From the NCBI GenBank assembly GCA_963730935.1, contig CAVSTP010000002.1, forward strand, positions 160,001-224,000: a stretch of DNA of 64,000 nucleotides. Reading direction: 5' to 3'. The DNA comes from an uncultured Nitrospiraceae bacterium. GTDB lineage: Bacteria > Nitrospirota > Nitrospiria > Nitrospirales > Nitrospiraceae. Below the pieces are notes generated by a model. The model was not told the origin of the DNA and did not search any database. It was given only the letters and a program-made list of their open reading frames with translations. Positions within the stretch are counted from its first letter, which is position 1. Each line of letters begins with the position of its first letter. The translations under genes were made by a program, and so were the position numbers. Positions 46,698 to 56,935 of this stretch are shown in pieces.

Positions 46698-47240
46698 ATG
46701 CAGAAATTCATCGTCTGGCTGAAGACCATTACCTTCTACGAGATCCTTGTCGGCATGAAGGCGACGATGTCGCATCTGCTGCACTACAAGCCGATCACGG
46801 TGCAATACCCTCACGAAAAGCGGATCCTTCCGGACAATTATCGCGGCATGCTCGGCCTGTTGCGCTACGACGACGGAACCGAAAAATGCGTCGGCTGCGA
46901 TCTCTGCGAAGCCGCCTGCCCGTCTCGCGTCATCCGCGTCGTCAGCTCCGAAGTCCCGGAAGAACCCACCAAGCGGTACGCCAAGGAATATTATATGGAC
47001 ATGACGCGCTGCCTGTTTTGCGGGATGTGCGTCGATGCCTGTCCGGTGGACGCGCTCGGGATGAGCCGTGAATTCGAGTGGGCGGTGTACGACAAGCGTC
47101 AACTGCACCTGAATAAGGAACAGTTGCTCGCCATCGGCGACCGTTCGTTCCCGGTTCGCGAGAAGCGGCTCGAGCTGCAGCACCCGAACGTCGCGTTTTT
47201 CAATGTCTCATTCAGCCACGTCCCCCCGAAGCCCAACTGA
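46698..47240 (+). CDS. nuoI: NADH-quinone oxidoreductase subunit I
   Basis: two CxxCxxCxxxCP motifs. Confidence 0.96.
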   Translation: MQKFIVWLKTITFYEILVGMKATMSHLLHYKPITVQYPHEKRILPDNYRGMLGLLRYDDGTEKCVGCDLCEAACPSRVIRVVSSEVPEEPTKRYAKEYYMDMTRCLFCGMCVDACPVDALGMSREFEWAVYDKRQLHLNKEQLLAIGDRSFPVREKRLELQHPNVAFFNVSFSHVPPKPN

Positions 47241-47328
47241 CGCGCCGCCATGACCGGGCGAGGCAAGAGACGTCAGGCTGGACGGAGGAACGCGCCTTGT
47301 TCGCGATGACGGGAATGCCGACCTAACC

Positions 47329-47847
47329 ATGGAACATTTCTTCTTTTTTTACTTCGCCCTGGTCATCGCCGCCTCCTCGGTGCTCGTCGTCGCATTGCGC
47401 AACCCCATCTACAGCGCGCTCTCCCTGTTGATCATGTTCTTCCACGTCGCCGGTCTGTACGTAACGCTGCATGCTGAGTTCCTCGCTGCGGTACAGGTGA
47501 TCGTCTATGCAGGGGCCATTCTCGTCCTCTATCTGTTCGTGGTCATGCTGCTGAACCTCAAGCACGACGAGCGGTACCACCGCCAGTGGCCGGTGGCAGC
47601 CGCCGTCGGGTCCATCTTAGTGCTCGAAGCGGTCGTACTGACGCTCGTGAAGGGACGGACGGCCGTGGCCAGACCCGCCGTTGCCGAGCCGAGTGTGGAG
47701 GGGCTGGGCAACACGGAATCCCTGGGCGACGTCCTGTACTCGACCTATCTCTTTCCCTTCGAAGTCGCATCGTTGATTCTGCTCGTCGCGATGATCGGCG
47801 CCATCATTTTGGCCAAAAAGGACCTGAGCGGCGAGTCGCTGCAATGA
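47329..47847 (+). CDS. nuoJ: NADH-quinone oxidoreductase subunit J
   Basis: [25 protein letters not shown]. Confidence 0.95.
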   Translation: MEHFFFFYFALVIAASSVLVVALRNPIYSALSLLIMFFHVAGLYVTLHAEFLAAVQVIVYAGAILVLYLFVVMLLNLKHDERYHRQWPVAAAVGSILVLEAVVLTLVKGRTAVARPAVAEPSVEGLGNTESLGDVLYSTYLFPFEVASLILLVAMIGAIILAKKDLSGESLQ

Positions 47848-47878
47848 ACACGTTCCGGATGCAACAGGGAGAAGTCTG

Positions 47879-48181
47879 ATGATTCCCCTGTCGTACTACG
47901 TCACGCTCAGCGCGGTCGTCTTCTTCACAGGGCTGGTAGGCGTTCTGATCAGGCGCAACATCATCATCATTTTGCTCTCCGTGGAGTTGATGCTCAACGC
48001 CACCAACATCAACTTCGTCGCATTTTCACAATCGCTTCACAACATCGCCGGCCAGGTCTTCGTGTTCTTCGCGCTCACGGTCGCCGCAGCCGAGGTGGCG
48101 GTCGGCCTTGCCATCATCATCGCCCTGCATCGGGCGAAAAACACGATCAATGTCGACGAATTTCAGCTGATGAAATGGTGA
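47879..48181 (+). CDS. nuoK: NADH-quinone oxidoreductase subunit K
   Basis: [18 protein letters not shown]. Confidence 0.96.
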   Translation: MIPLSYYVTLSAVVFFTGLVGVLIRRNIIIILLSVELMLNATNINFVAFSQSLHNIAGQVFVFFALTVAAAEVAVGLAIIIALHRAKNTINVDEFQLMKW

Positions 48182-48182
48182 G

Positions 48183-50075
48183 ATGACGTACGAACTCATT
48201 CCATTGCTGCCATTGGCCTCCTTCTTGATCCTCGGCATTTTCGGACATTGGATCAGGGACAAGGCGCATCTCGTGGCGGTCCCAGCCATCGTGCTCTCGC
48301 TTTGGATTTCGGTCCTTGCGTTCTTCGACGTGGCGGGAGGGCACCATTCCACGATTCGCCTCTATACCTGGCTGATCTCTGGCATGCTCGACGTTCATAT
48401 CGGGCTCTCGATCGACCGCCTGACCTCGGTCATGCTGCTGCTGGTCACCACCGTCAGTGCACTGGTGCACATCTATACCATCGGCTATATGCAGGGCGAG
48501 CCGGGATACGCGCGCTTCTTCAGCTATATCGCCTTGTTCACGTTCTCCATGCTGATGCTGGTACTGGCCGACAATTTTCTGCAGCTGTTCGTGTTTTGGG
48601 AAGCCGTCGGCCTCTGTTCTTACCTCTTGATCGGCCATTGGTACGAACGCCAGTCGGCCGTCGCCGCCGCCACCAAGGCCTTCATCGTGAATCGGGTGGG
48701 AGACTTCGGATTCATTCTCGGCTTGCTGCTCGTGTTCGCCACGTTCGATTCCCTGGATTATGCGACCGTCTTCGCCAACGTGGGGCCAGCGACGGCAAAG
48801 GTGATGAACATCCTTGGCCCGCTCGGGGGCAGCCTCGAAGTCTCGACCATCACGGTGATCTGCCTCCTGCTCTTCATGGGTGCCGTCGGAAAGTCCGCAC
48901 AGTTTCCGCTCCATGTGTGGCTGCCTGACGCCATGGAAGGCCCGACGCCGATCTCTGCCCTCATCCACGCCGCTACGATGGTCACCGCTGGGGTCTTCAT
49001 GGTGGCCAGACTTGCTCCGTTGTACAACGCGTCGCCGGCCGCGATGTCCGTTGTCGCGGTCGTGGGCGCCATCACGATGGTGCTTGGGGCGACCATCGCC
49101 CTGACGCAGACGGACATCAAGCGGGTCGTCGCGTACTCGACCATGAGCCAGCTTGGCTACATGATGATGGCGTGCGGGCTGGGGGCCTACGCCGCCGGCA
49201 TGTATCACCTCATGACACACGGAGCGTTCAAGGCGCTGCTGTTCCTGGGCTGCGGCTCGGTCATCATCGCCCTGCACCATGAGCAGGACATGCGCCGGAT
49301 GGGCGGCCTCAAGGATCGGCTGCCGATCACCTATTGGACCTTCGTGGTCGGCTCTCTCGCGTTGGCCGGCTTTCCGTTAACTGCGGGGTTTTTCAGCAAG
49401 GACGACATTCTCGTCTCCGCCTGGGCAGCAGGACCGCTCGGACAGGTGTTGAGCCTGTTCGGCCTTCTCACGGCGCTCCTCACCGCCTTCTACAGCTTCC
49501 GGTTGGTCTTTGTGACCTTCTGGGGTCCTTCCCGGGTGGACCAGCACCACGCCGCTCACGTGCATGAACCTTCGCCCACGATGACGGTGCCGCTTGTCAT
49601 CTTGGCCGTGCTGAGCATTGCGACAGGGTATTTCGGCATCCCGGAGTTTCTCGCGCCGGTGTTTGAACAGGAGGGCGGCAACGCCCATGCGAGTGGAACG
49701 CTTGGAATCATGCTCCTGGCGACTGCGATGGGCCTGCTGGGCATCGCGGCTGCCTACTACGCCTATGTGTTGCATCCCTCGCTGCCCGACCGCTGGGCTC
49801 AACAGTGGCGGACCGCGTATGAGTGGTCTTTCCATAAATGGTACTTCGACGAAGCCTATGACCGCAGCATCGTCCGTCCGACATTCACGGCGGCCGCTGA
49901 ATTGTGGAAGCGCATCGACGTCGCGGTGATCGATGGCGCCGTCAATGGTGTCGCAAGGGCGATCGCCTGGGGCGCCTGGTTCCTGCGCCTCGTGCAAAGC
50001 GGACAAACGCAGCATTACGCGCTGGGCATGGCGCTCGGCGCGGTTGTGATCCTGACCCTGTTGATGGTGATTTGA
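48183..50075 (+). CDS. nuoL: NADH-quinone oxidoreductase subunit L
   Basis: KSAQFPLHVWLPDAMEGPTP, HGAFKALLF. Confidence 0.96.
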   Translation: MTYELIPLLPLASFLILGIFGHWIRDKAHLVAVPAIVLSLWISVLAFFDVAGGHHSTIRLYTWLISGMLDVHIGLSIDRLTSVMLLLVTTVSALVHIYTIGYMQGEPGYARFFSYIALFTFSMLMLVLADNFLQLFVFWEAVGLCSYLLIGHWYERQSAVAAATKAFIVNRVGDFGFILGLLLVFATFDSLDYATVFANVGPATAKVMNILGPLGGSLEVSTITVICLLLFMGAVGKSAQFPLHVWLPDAMEGPTPISALIHAATMVTAGVFMVARLAPLYNASPAAMSVVAVVGAITMVLGATIALTQTDIKRVVAYSTMSQLGYMMMACGLGAYAAGMYHLMTHGAFKALLFLGCGSVIIALHHEQDMRRMGGLKDRLPITYWTFVVGSLALAGFPLTAGFFSKDDILVSAWAAGPLGQVLSLFGLLTALLTAFYSFRLVFVTFWGPSRVDQHHAAHVHEPSPTMTVPLVILAVLSIATGYFGIPEFLAPVFEQEGGNAHASGTLGIMLLATAMGLLGIAAAYYAYVLHPSLPDRWAQQWRTAYEWSFHKWYFDEAYDRSIVRPTFTAAAELWKRIDVAVIDGAVNGVARAIAWGAWFLRLVQSGQTQHYALGMALGAVVILTLLMVI

Positions 50076-50080
50076 CGCTG

Positions 50081-51631
50081 ATGCAACCCGACTGGTTTCC
50101 CTGGCTGAGTATTCTGATCTTCCTGCCGCTGGCGGGAGCCGGTGCGCTCTACCTCGCACCCGAGCGCCACGCCCGGACGATCGCGTTGGCGACAACGGTT
50201 CTGGATGTCCTCGTGGCGCTGCCTCTCTGGTGGCTGTTCGATCCGTCGTCCAGCCGCATGCAATTCGTCGAGCACGTGGCCTGGATCACGTCGCCTCCGA
50301 TCCATTACAGCCTCGGCATCGACGGCATCAGTCTCCCGCTCGAACTGATGACCGCCGCACTGATGCCCCTCTGCATCCTAGTGTCCTGGGAGTCCATCAC
50401 CACGAGGGTGCGGACCTTCATGGCCGTCCTGCTCGTGATGGAGACCGCCATGCTCGGCGTCTTCGCCGCGCTGGACTTCGTGCTGTTCTATGTCTTCTGG
50501 GAAGCGATGCTGATTCCGATGTATCTGCTCATCGGCGTCTGGGGGGGTCCCAATCGGCTGTACGCGGCCATCAAGTTCTTCCTGTACACCTTGGCGGGCA
50601 GCGTGCTCCTTTTGGTGGCCATCCTCGTGCTGTACTTCTATGGCGGGCGCACGTTCGATGTGCTGGCGCTCAGTCAGGTGACATACCCCGCAGCCCTGCA
50701 GCAATGGCTGTTTCTGGCATTCTTTGCCGCCTTCGCAGTGAAGGTCCCGATGTTCCCGTTCCATACCTGGCTGCCCGATGCGCATGTCGAAGCACCGACC
50801 GCAGGGAGCGTGATCCTCGCCAGCGTGCTGCTGAAGATGGGTGCCTATGGGTTCGTGCGTTTCAGTCTGCCGATGCTGCCGGACGCGAGTCAGGCCATGA
50901 CTCCGTTGATTGCAGCCCTCTCGATCATCGCGATTATCTATGGGGCCTACATGGCGCTGGCCCAGGTGGATCTCAAGAAGTTGATCGCCTATTCCAGCGT
51001 CAGCCACATGGGATTCGTGACGCTCGGCCTGTTCGTGATGAACCAACAAGGCATTGAGGGAGCAATCCTGCAAATGGTCAATCACGGCATCACGACTGGC
51101 GCACTCTTCCTCTGCGTCGGCATCATCTATGAGCGGACCCACAGCCGGTTGATTGCCGACAATGTCGGCCTGGCCAAGCCCATGCCCCGCTACGCGACGT
51201 TCCTGGTGATCTTTGCGCTGTCCTCGCTCGGTCTTCCGGGCACCAACAGCTTTGTCGGCGAGTTCCTGGTCCTGGTCGGGACGTTTCTCTGGAGCAAAGC
51301 CGCGGCCGCTCTCGCCTCCTTGGGCGTGATCCTTGCGGCTGCCTATCTGCTGTACATGGTTCAACGCGTCGTGTTCGGCGTCGCCCTGCCGCGTGAGCTG
51401 CCCCGTCTAAAGGACGTCGGCATCAGAGAGTTCACGATCCTTCTGCCGCTCGTGGTACTCGTCTTCTTGATCGGAATCTATCCGAATCCTCTAGTCACCC
51501 GGATGCATAGCACCGTGACCAAAACGTTGGAGACAATGGCGCGAACCAAGGTCGCTCCGAATTCCCATCCTTCGGCCGCGGTCGTTCCCTCGGTCGTGTT
51601 GAGCGGTCAGACGGAGAACGGACGACCATGA
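50081..51631 (+). CDS. nuoM: NADH-quinone oxidoreductase subunit M
   Basis: FWEAMLIP, KVPMFPFHTWLPDAHVEAPT. Confidence 0.96.
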   Translation: MQPDWFPWLSILIFLPLAGAGALYLAPERHARTIALATTVLDVLVALPLWWLFDPSSSRMQFVEHVAWITSPPIHYSLGIDGISLPLELMTAALMPLCILVSWESITTRVRTFMAVLLVMETAMLGVFAALDFVLFYVFWEAMLIPMYLLIGVWGGPNRLYAAIKFFLYTLAGSVLLLVAILVLYFYGGRTFDVLALSQVTYPAALQQWLFLAFFAAFAVKVPMFPFHTWLPDAHVEAPTAGSVILASVLLKMGAYGFVRFSLPMLPDASQAMTPLIAALSIIAIIYGAYMALAQVDLKKLIAYSSVSHMGFVTLGLFVMNQQGIEGAILQMVNHGITTGALFLCVGIIYERTHSRLIADNVGLAKPMPRYATFLVIFALSSLGLPGTNSFVGEFLVLVGTFLWSKAAAALASLGVILAAAYLLYMVQRVVFGVALPRELPRLKDVGIREFTILLPLVVLVFLIGIYPNPLVTRMHSTVTKTLETMARTKVAPNSHPSAAVVPSVVLSGQTENGRP

Positions 51632-53115
51632 CGTCGTACGGAACGGACCTCATCATCATTCTTCCTGAACTGGTCGTCGTCGCCGCGGCTTGCCTGGTTC
51701 TGATTCTGGATCCTGTGACGCCCCGGTCGAGGAAAGAGCTACTGGCTTGGATCAGTCTTGGGAGTTTGGCGCTTTGCGTCGGCCTCACGGGCGGGCAAAT
51801 CGGCGTCCAGAATGTGTCTCTGTCGGCCTTCAACGACCTGGTCGTCGTCGACGGATATGCGCGCTTTTGGAAACTCCTGCTGTACGGAGCCACCGGATTG
51901 ACTATTCTGATGTCGCTCCCCTACCTGAAAATCGAAGGACTTCATCTGGGCGAATATTATGCCTTCATCCTCCTCGCCCTGTCGGGCATGATGGTCATGG
52001 TCTCAGGAGCGGATCTGCTGACGATCTATCTCGGTACAGAGCTCATGTCGCTTTCACTCTACGTCATGGCGGGCCTGAAACGCTCGTCGCCGCGCTCACT
52101 CGAGGCGTCGGCCAAATATTTTGTGCTCGGCGCCTTTTCTTCCGGCCTGCTTCTCTATGGCATCTCTCTCCTTTATGGACTGTGCGGCGGCACCAGACTG
52201 AGCACGATCGCAAGCGCGCTGGGCGCAAGAGGATTCGACGATCCCATGCTCCTGATCGCCACCATCCTGTTGACGGTCGGGTTCGGGTTCAAACTCGCGG
52301 TCGTCCCCTTTCACATGTGGACGCCCGATGTGTATCAAGGCGCGCCGACAGCGGTGACCGCCTTCATGGCCGTCGCCTCGAAGGCCGCCAGTTTCGCCGC
52401 CTTTCTGCGTGTCTTCGTCGAGGGACTCGGCGGATTGAAGGCCGACTGGTCCGTGCTGTTTGTGCTGCTGTCCGTCGTCACATTGGTGCTCGGCAATGTC
52501 GTCGCCATCGTGCAGACCAACATCAAACGCATGTTGGCCTACTCGAGCATTGCACATGCCGGCTACGCGTTGATCGGCCTCGCCGCCGCCGGGCGAAGCG
52601 CCGGTGAATCGGGCGGTACCCCCGGCATCGCCAGCGTCATGCTCTACCTGACGTTTTATGCATTCATGACACTTGGAGCCTTCGCGGTGATTGCTATGTT
52701 TCGCAAGGGCGGGCTCGAAGGGGACGAGATCGAAGACTTTACCGGCCTCGCCAAACGCCAACCGGTGGCTGCCCTGATCATGCTGGTGTTCATGGTCTCG
52801 CTGACCGGCATCCCGCCGACCGCGGGGTTCATCGGCAAGTTCTACGTGTTTATGGCCGCCGTTGAAGCAGGCCTGAGCTGGCTCGCAGCCCTTGGGCTGA
52901 TTTTTTCGGCGGTATCTGCCTACTACTACATGCGCGTCGTCATGGTGATGTACATGCGGGACCCCGAGGTGACCGCCGCCGAGACCTCGCATCTCGTGCC
53001 TTCGCCGGCGCTGTCGATTGTGTTGGCCTGTGCCGTCGCCGGCGTAATCATCTTCGGTTTGTTTCCCAATCCTGTCGTCAACCTCGCGCTTCAGTCTGTC
53101 CTTCTGCTCAAGTAA
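51628..53115 (+). CDS. nuoN: NADH-quinone oxidoreductase subunit N
   Basis: FKLAVVPFHMWTPDVYQGAP, KRMLAYSSIAH, GIPPTAGF.GKF. Confidence 0.96.
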   Translation: MTSYGTDLIIILPELVVVAAACLVLILDPVTPRSRKELLAWISLGSLALCVGLTGGQIGVQNVSLSAFNDLVVVDGYARFWKLLLYGATGLTILMSLPYLKIEGLHLGEYYAFILLALSGMMVMVSGADLLTIYLGTELMSLSLYVMAGLKRSSPRSLEASAKYFVLGAFSSGLLLYGISLLYGLCGGTRLSTIASALGARGFDDPMLLIATILLTVGFGFKLAVVPFHMWTPDVYQGAPTAVTAFMAVASKAASFAAFLRVFVEGLGGLKADWSVLFVLLSVVTLVLGNVVAIVQTNIKRMLAYSSIAHAGYALIGLAAAGRSAGESGGTPGIASVMLYLTFYAFMTLGAFAVIAMFRKGGLEGDEIEDFTGLAKRQPVAALIMLVFMVSLTGIPPTAGFIGKFYVFMAAVEAGLSWLAALGLIFSAVSAYYYMRVVMVMYMRDPEVTAAETSHLVPSPALSIVLACAVAGVIIFGLFPNPVVNLALQSVLLLK

Positions 53116-53175
53116 AACGCCACCACTTCTTTTTTCAGTCGTGCATGACCGTGAGACTCGTGCTAGGCTAGGCGA

Positions 53176-53302
53176 GTAGGCTGTTGAAAAAGCCCGCCAG
53201 CTTCGTTCTTGCGTCGCTCAGAGGCTCAACGTACGGTACAGAGTACGCATTTGCCTCTTCGCTCGCAGCGGCCTTGCTGGACGACCTTTTTGATCAGCCT
53301 AC
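53176..53302 (+). repeat. palindromic MITE/REP-like intergenic repeat, copy 3
   Basis: GTAGGCTGTTGAAAAAG ... CTTTTTGATCAGCCTAC; core highly similar to copy 2. Confidence 0.85.
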
Positions 53303-53309
53303 GCCAAAT

Positions 53310-54203
53310 ATGCCGATGCTCATGTCCTTCTGGCGGCTGCTGTCCGATCTGACGAAATCCTTCCTCCGTCACGGGTGTGGCAGCCTGGCAGCCTCGCTAG
53401 CCTTTTTCTCGCTTCTCTCGCTCTTTCCTCTCGGCTTCATGGTGCTGTACGGCGTGAGCTTTATCGTCAGTCATGAGGTGATCGGCGGTCAGGTGCTGTT
53501 GAGCTTTCTCATAGGGTTTCTGCCCACTCTTGGAGAACGCCTGGCGGAGGAATTCCAGCGCATCGGCGAACTGGACACGGTTCGCTGGCTCGTGTTCCTG
53601 TCCTTCGCCTGGTTCGGGACGCTGGTGTTCTATGAGGTGGATTATGCGCTCAACGTCGTGTTCGACAGCACATGGAAACGCCACCCCTTGATCTCCACCG
53701 CCATCGCGGTCGCCTCACAGGGGGTGGTAGGAATACTATTGATCCTGTCCTATGTCGCGACCGAGACCGTGAATTTGCTGACTGCCTATGCGCCGCAGCT
53801 TTGGGGGCTCGATCTGATCGCTCTCGCCGCGCACGATGTATTTTTGACGTACACTCTTCCTTTTATCATGGCCTTTCTTACCGTCGGTGCGCTGTACCGC
53901 TATGTCCCTCGGCGGCGGCCGCAATGGCGGGAGGCCATGATCGGTTCGTTAACATTCAGTCTGCTCTGGGTCGCGGCGAAACTCATTTTCGTCACGTACA
54001 ACGAATACGCCACCGTCTATACGAAACTGTACGGCTCCCTGCTTGAAGTCATCCTCTTGCTGCTCTGGATCTATTACTCCGCGCTGCTGTTTCTCTTGGG
54101 CGCAGTCCTCGCCCATGCGCTCCAGCAACGGACTCAAGCCGCGGCAGTCGCGGGCTTCGTTCAGCCCGACACCGCTTCGCCCCCAGCCTCCGTCAGTCGC
54201 TGA
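53310..54203 (+). CDS. YihY/BrkB family membrane protein
   Basis: AASLAFFSLLSLFP, LYRYVP, YGSL..VILLLLWIYYS. Confidence 0.88.
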   Translation: MPMLMSFWRLLSDLTKSFLRHGCGSLAASLAFFSLLSLFPLGFMVLYGVSFIVSHEVIGGQVLLSFLIGFLPTLGERLAEEFQRIGELDTVRWLVFLSFAWFGTLVFYEVDYALNVVFDSTWKRHPLISTAIAVASQGVVGILLILSYVATETVNLLTAYAPQLWGLDLIALAAHDVFLTYTLPFIMAFLTVGALYRYVPRRRPQWREAMIGSLTFSLLWVAAKLIFVTYNEYATVYTKLYGSLLEVILLLLWIYYSALLFLLGAVLAHALQQRTQAAAVAGFVQPDTASPPASVSR

Positions 54204-54287
54204 TCGGCACCCTGTCGGCTTCTAGGCTTTTTCTGGCCCAGACTCCTCTTCATCGCTAGAATACATCCCGACACGGAGGGGACAGGC

Positions 54288-55643
54288 ATGCCCGAAGACA
54301 TCGGAAAAGAACTCCTGATGCTTGGCGGAACACTGGCCGGCTTCATCGCCGCTTTGCTGACGGTCATGGAAAAGCTGATAGACATTCAGCACCGGTTGGG
54401 CTCCCGCAAGGATCGGAAGACTTCGGTCCAACAGGAACGGCAGCCGCAGGACAGCGGGCCAAGCGTGGATTTCTTTTCCACCAAGCCCTTCCGCGGCACC
54501 TCGTATCTCTTGATGTACGAAACCGGCGTCATCGTCTCTGCCGGCCTCTTGCTCAATTATGTCGGTCTCACCTTGAGCCGGCACCTGGAAAGCATCCTCT
54601 ATCTCGACATGACCGGCACGGCGCTCGTGGCCTTTCTGCTCGGCCCGTGGTGGGGAGCAATCGTGGCCTTGCTCTCCAATTCGGTCGTCAACTGGCTCCT
54701 CTTCCCGCAATCGGGAGCGGACGTGATGATTTTCCCGTGGTCGCTCGTCGGCATGACCGGTGCCGTCTATTGGGGATGGATGGCCAGACAGGGCGGATTT
54801 CAAAAGTACTTGCGGACGGGCAAGAGTTCCGCGCTGTCGCATGCCTGGTTTCTGTACATCTTCGGCGTGGTCGGCGCCGCCGCCATGAGCATTCCCGGAA
54901 CGTTCATCCAAGCGGCGTTGAACCAACATTCGACTTTTGCCTTGAACCCGGATGTCGCCGAATCGCTGCATGCCAGGGTGCTCCAATGGGAACAGATGGT
55001 CCATCAGTATCTCGAATCCTTGTTTGGATTGACCTGGGGAGAACATGTCGGCTGGTGGGTCGTCAACTGGTTTCAAACCTGGGTCCGCTACGTGCCGGAC
55101 AAGACGATGAGTGCGGCCATCGCCCTGGTCGTACTCAAGTACGGGTATCCGCTGTTTGAACGGGAGTTGATTCACGGCGGTCCCGACGGAGAACGGCCTC
55201 AGGATGAGCGCGTGCTTCCCTTGGTGCTGGGACTACTCTATGCGCCCTCCTTCGCCACGCTCGTAAGCAGCGACATCTACGGAGAGGCCGCCTATTGGCC
55301 CTTGTGGGCGATGCCGTGGGTAATTATTCTGACGGGCTATTTTTACCTGCGGTATTGGGGCGCCAGCACGTCACTGCTCAACGATGCGCGGCTTCAGCGT
55401 GCCGAACGTTATGCACGCGCCCTCAAACCGATTGGGAAGGAAGCATCCTATGAATTCTGCCGGCGATTAACGTTCATGACACTCATCGCCAGTCTCCTAT
55501 TCGCTCTGTGTCTGCCTATCATTCTCATGGACTTTTACCGGGTCACGTTCAAGTTCTTCTGCGTCGTGTACGGATTTCTGCTCGTCGTGCATCTCGTGCG
55601 CATCGCCATCGCGCAAAACATCAGCGCCGCCCGCGCAGACTGA
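54288..55643 (+). CDS. polytopic membrane protein with an ECF S-component-like segment
   Basis: LYLDMTGT.LVAFLLGPWWG and DK motifs plus extra C-terminal TMs. Confidence 0.6.
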   Translation: MPEDIGKELLMLGGTLAGFIAALLTVMEKLIDIQHRLGSRKDRKTSVQQERQPQDSGPSVDFFSTKPFRGTSYLLMYETGVIVSAGLLLNYVGLTLSRHLESILYLDMTGTALVAFLLGPWWGAIVALLSNSVVNWLLFPQSGADVMIFPWSLVGMTGAVYWGWMARQGGFQKYLRTGKSSALSHAWFLYIFGVVGAAAMSIPGTFIQAALNQHSTFALNPDVAESLHARVLQWEQMVHQYLESLFGLTWGEHVGWWVVNWFQTWVRYVPDKTMSAAIALVVLKYGYPLFERELIHGGPDGERPQDERVLPLVLGLLYAPSFATLVSSDIYGEAAYWPLWAMPWVIILTGYFYLRYWGASTSLLNDARLQRAERYARALKPIGKEASYEFCRRLTFMTLIASLLFALCLPIILMDFYRVTFKFFCVVYGFLLVVHLVRIAIAQNISAARAD

Positions 55644-55682
55644 GCGGATCTAGCCTCTTTGAAGCCCAGATCGGCCGCAGAT

Positions 55683-56834
55683 TCACGCCTTGTGTAATTG
55701 GAGAAATTGCGCGACGGCGGATCGGGTGACGAGCCCGACGGGATGCTCGGCATCGATCACCACCAGTCGGTCGTAGCCGGTCCGCACCATGCGTTCCAGC
55801 GCCTGCATCATCGACGCCTCCGGGGAAATGAACAAGTCGGACGACGCGGGCCGCATCACATCCCCCACCGTGCGCCAGGACCATAAGCCCTGGGAAACAG
55901 CTTGCACGTCCTCCACGGCAATGACGCCGATCACCTGTCCGTCCTCCACCACGGGAAACCCGCCGTAGCCGTACGTCACAAAGAACTCATCGACGGCGCT
56001 CTGAAGGCTCAACTGCGGAGACATCGTGACGATGGCGCGCACCATGACGTCGCGCACCGAGGTGCCGGACAGCGCAATGCGAAGAGTCACTTGCTTTCTG
56101 GTGCTCCACGCGGCGCCGAAGAGAAAGGCGCCGATGAACATGAGCCAGCCTCCGTTGCTCGCAGTCGACGGATCGAACAGGCCGCCGATGGCGCCTCCCA
56201 ACAACACAGCGCCACATGCCGCGAGCAACACGCCGAATCCCAAGCCGACCAACGCCGCGCGGCTCGTCGCCCGCTGAAAATCGTGTCCCCATGCCCAGAG
56301 CCCAGCACGGAGCGCCCGGCCTCCGTCGAGAGGAAAGCCCGGAATCAGGTTGAATAGGCCTAGCTGGACATTCACCAATCCCAGGAGTCCGCCAAGTACG
56401 GCAAATCCCTGTCCGGACGGCGCAGGCCACCACTCGGAAGCGGCGACGAGGCCCAGCGAGAACGCCCCGAGCGCGAAGCTCACCACAGGTCCGGCAATCG
56501 CAATCAAGAATTCTGCTTTGGGGCTTGGCGGCTCCGCCCGCATTTGCGCGACGCCGCCGAACAAGAACAACGTGATCTGGCCGATGGGGATCCGGTAGCG
56601 CTGGGCGACGTAGGAATGGCCGAGTTCGTGGAGGAGCACCGAGACAAACAACAGCACGGCCGCAACGGCGCCCATGCCCCAGTAGCGGAAGTTCGACAGG
56701 CCAGGCAAGGCATCGGGAAGGTATCCAGTTGCCAGCGACCACGTAACGAAGAGAAAGACGAGGAACCAGGACGGATGCACGCGGATCGGAATCCCCAGCG
56801 CACGCCCGATTTCCCAAGCCGGTGCATTCAGCAT
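55683..56834 (-). CDS. site-2 protease (M50) with CBS pair
   Basis: HELGH, AGP, NLIPGFPLDGG, two CBS domains. Confidence 0.92.
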   Translation of the reverse strand: MLNAPAWEIGRALGIPIRVHPSWFLVFLFVTWSLATGYLPDALPGLSNFRYWGMGAVAAVLLFVSVLLHELGHSYVAQRYRIPIGQITLFLFGGVAQMRAEPPSPKAEFLIAIAGPVVSFALGAFSLGLVAASEWWPAPSGQGFAVLGGLLGLVNVQLGLFNLIPGFPLDGGRALRAGLWAWGHDFQRATSRAALVGLGFGVLLAACGAVLLGGAIGGLFDPSTASNGGWLMFIGAFLFGAAWSTRKQVTLRIALSGTSVRDVMVRAIVTMSPQLSLQSAVDEFFVTYGYGGFPVVEDGQVIGVIAVEDVQAVSQGLWSWRTVGDVMRPASSDLFISPEASMMQALERMVRTGYDRLVVIDAEHPVGLVTRSAVAQFLQLHKA

Positions 56835-56935
56835 GCGTTCACAGTAGCAACGCTCTGAGCCGACCGTCAACCGCGCGCTAACTCGAGGACATTTTGCAGA
56901 TTTTGCCGCCACGGTCTTCGGGTATACTAGAGAGC

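Noticed and set aside
39096..50195. Long antisense ORFs (39096-40907, 45249-47183, 48147-49280 and others)
   Set aside because: Shadow frames opposite well-conserved nuo genes in GC-rich DNA.
48183..53115. 2M-type complex I with duplicated nuoM
   Set aside because: Only one nuoM lies between nuoL and nuoN.
53184..53309. MKKPASFVLASLRGSTY N-terminus of YihY, and ORF 25890-26087
   Set aside because: These are translations of the palindromic repeat, not independent protein evidence.
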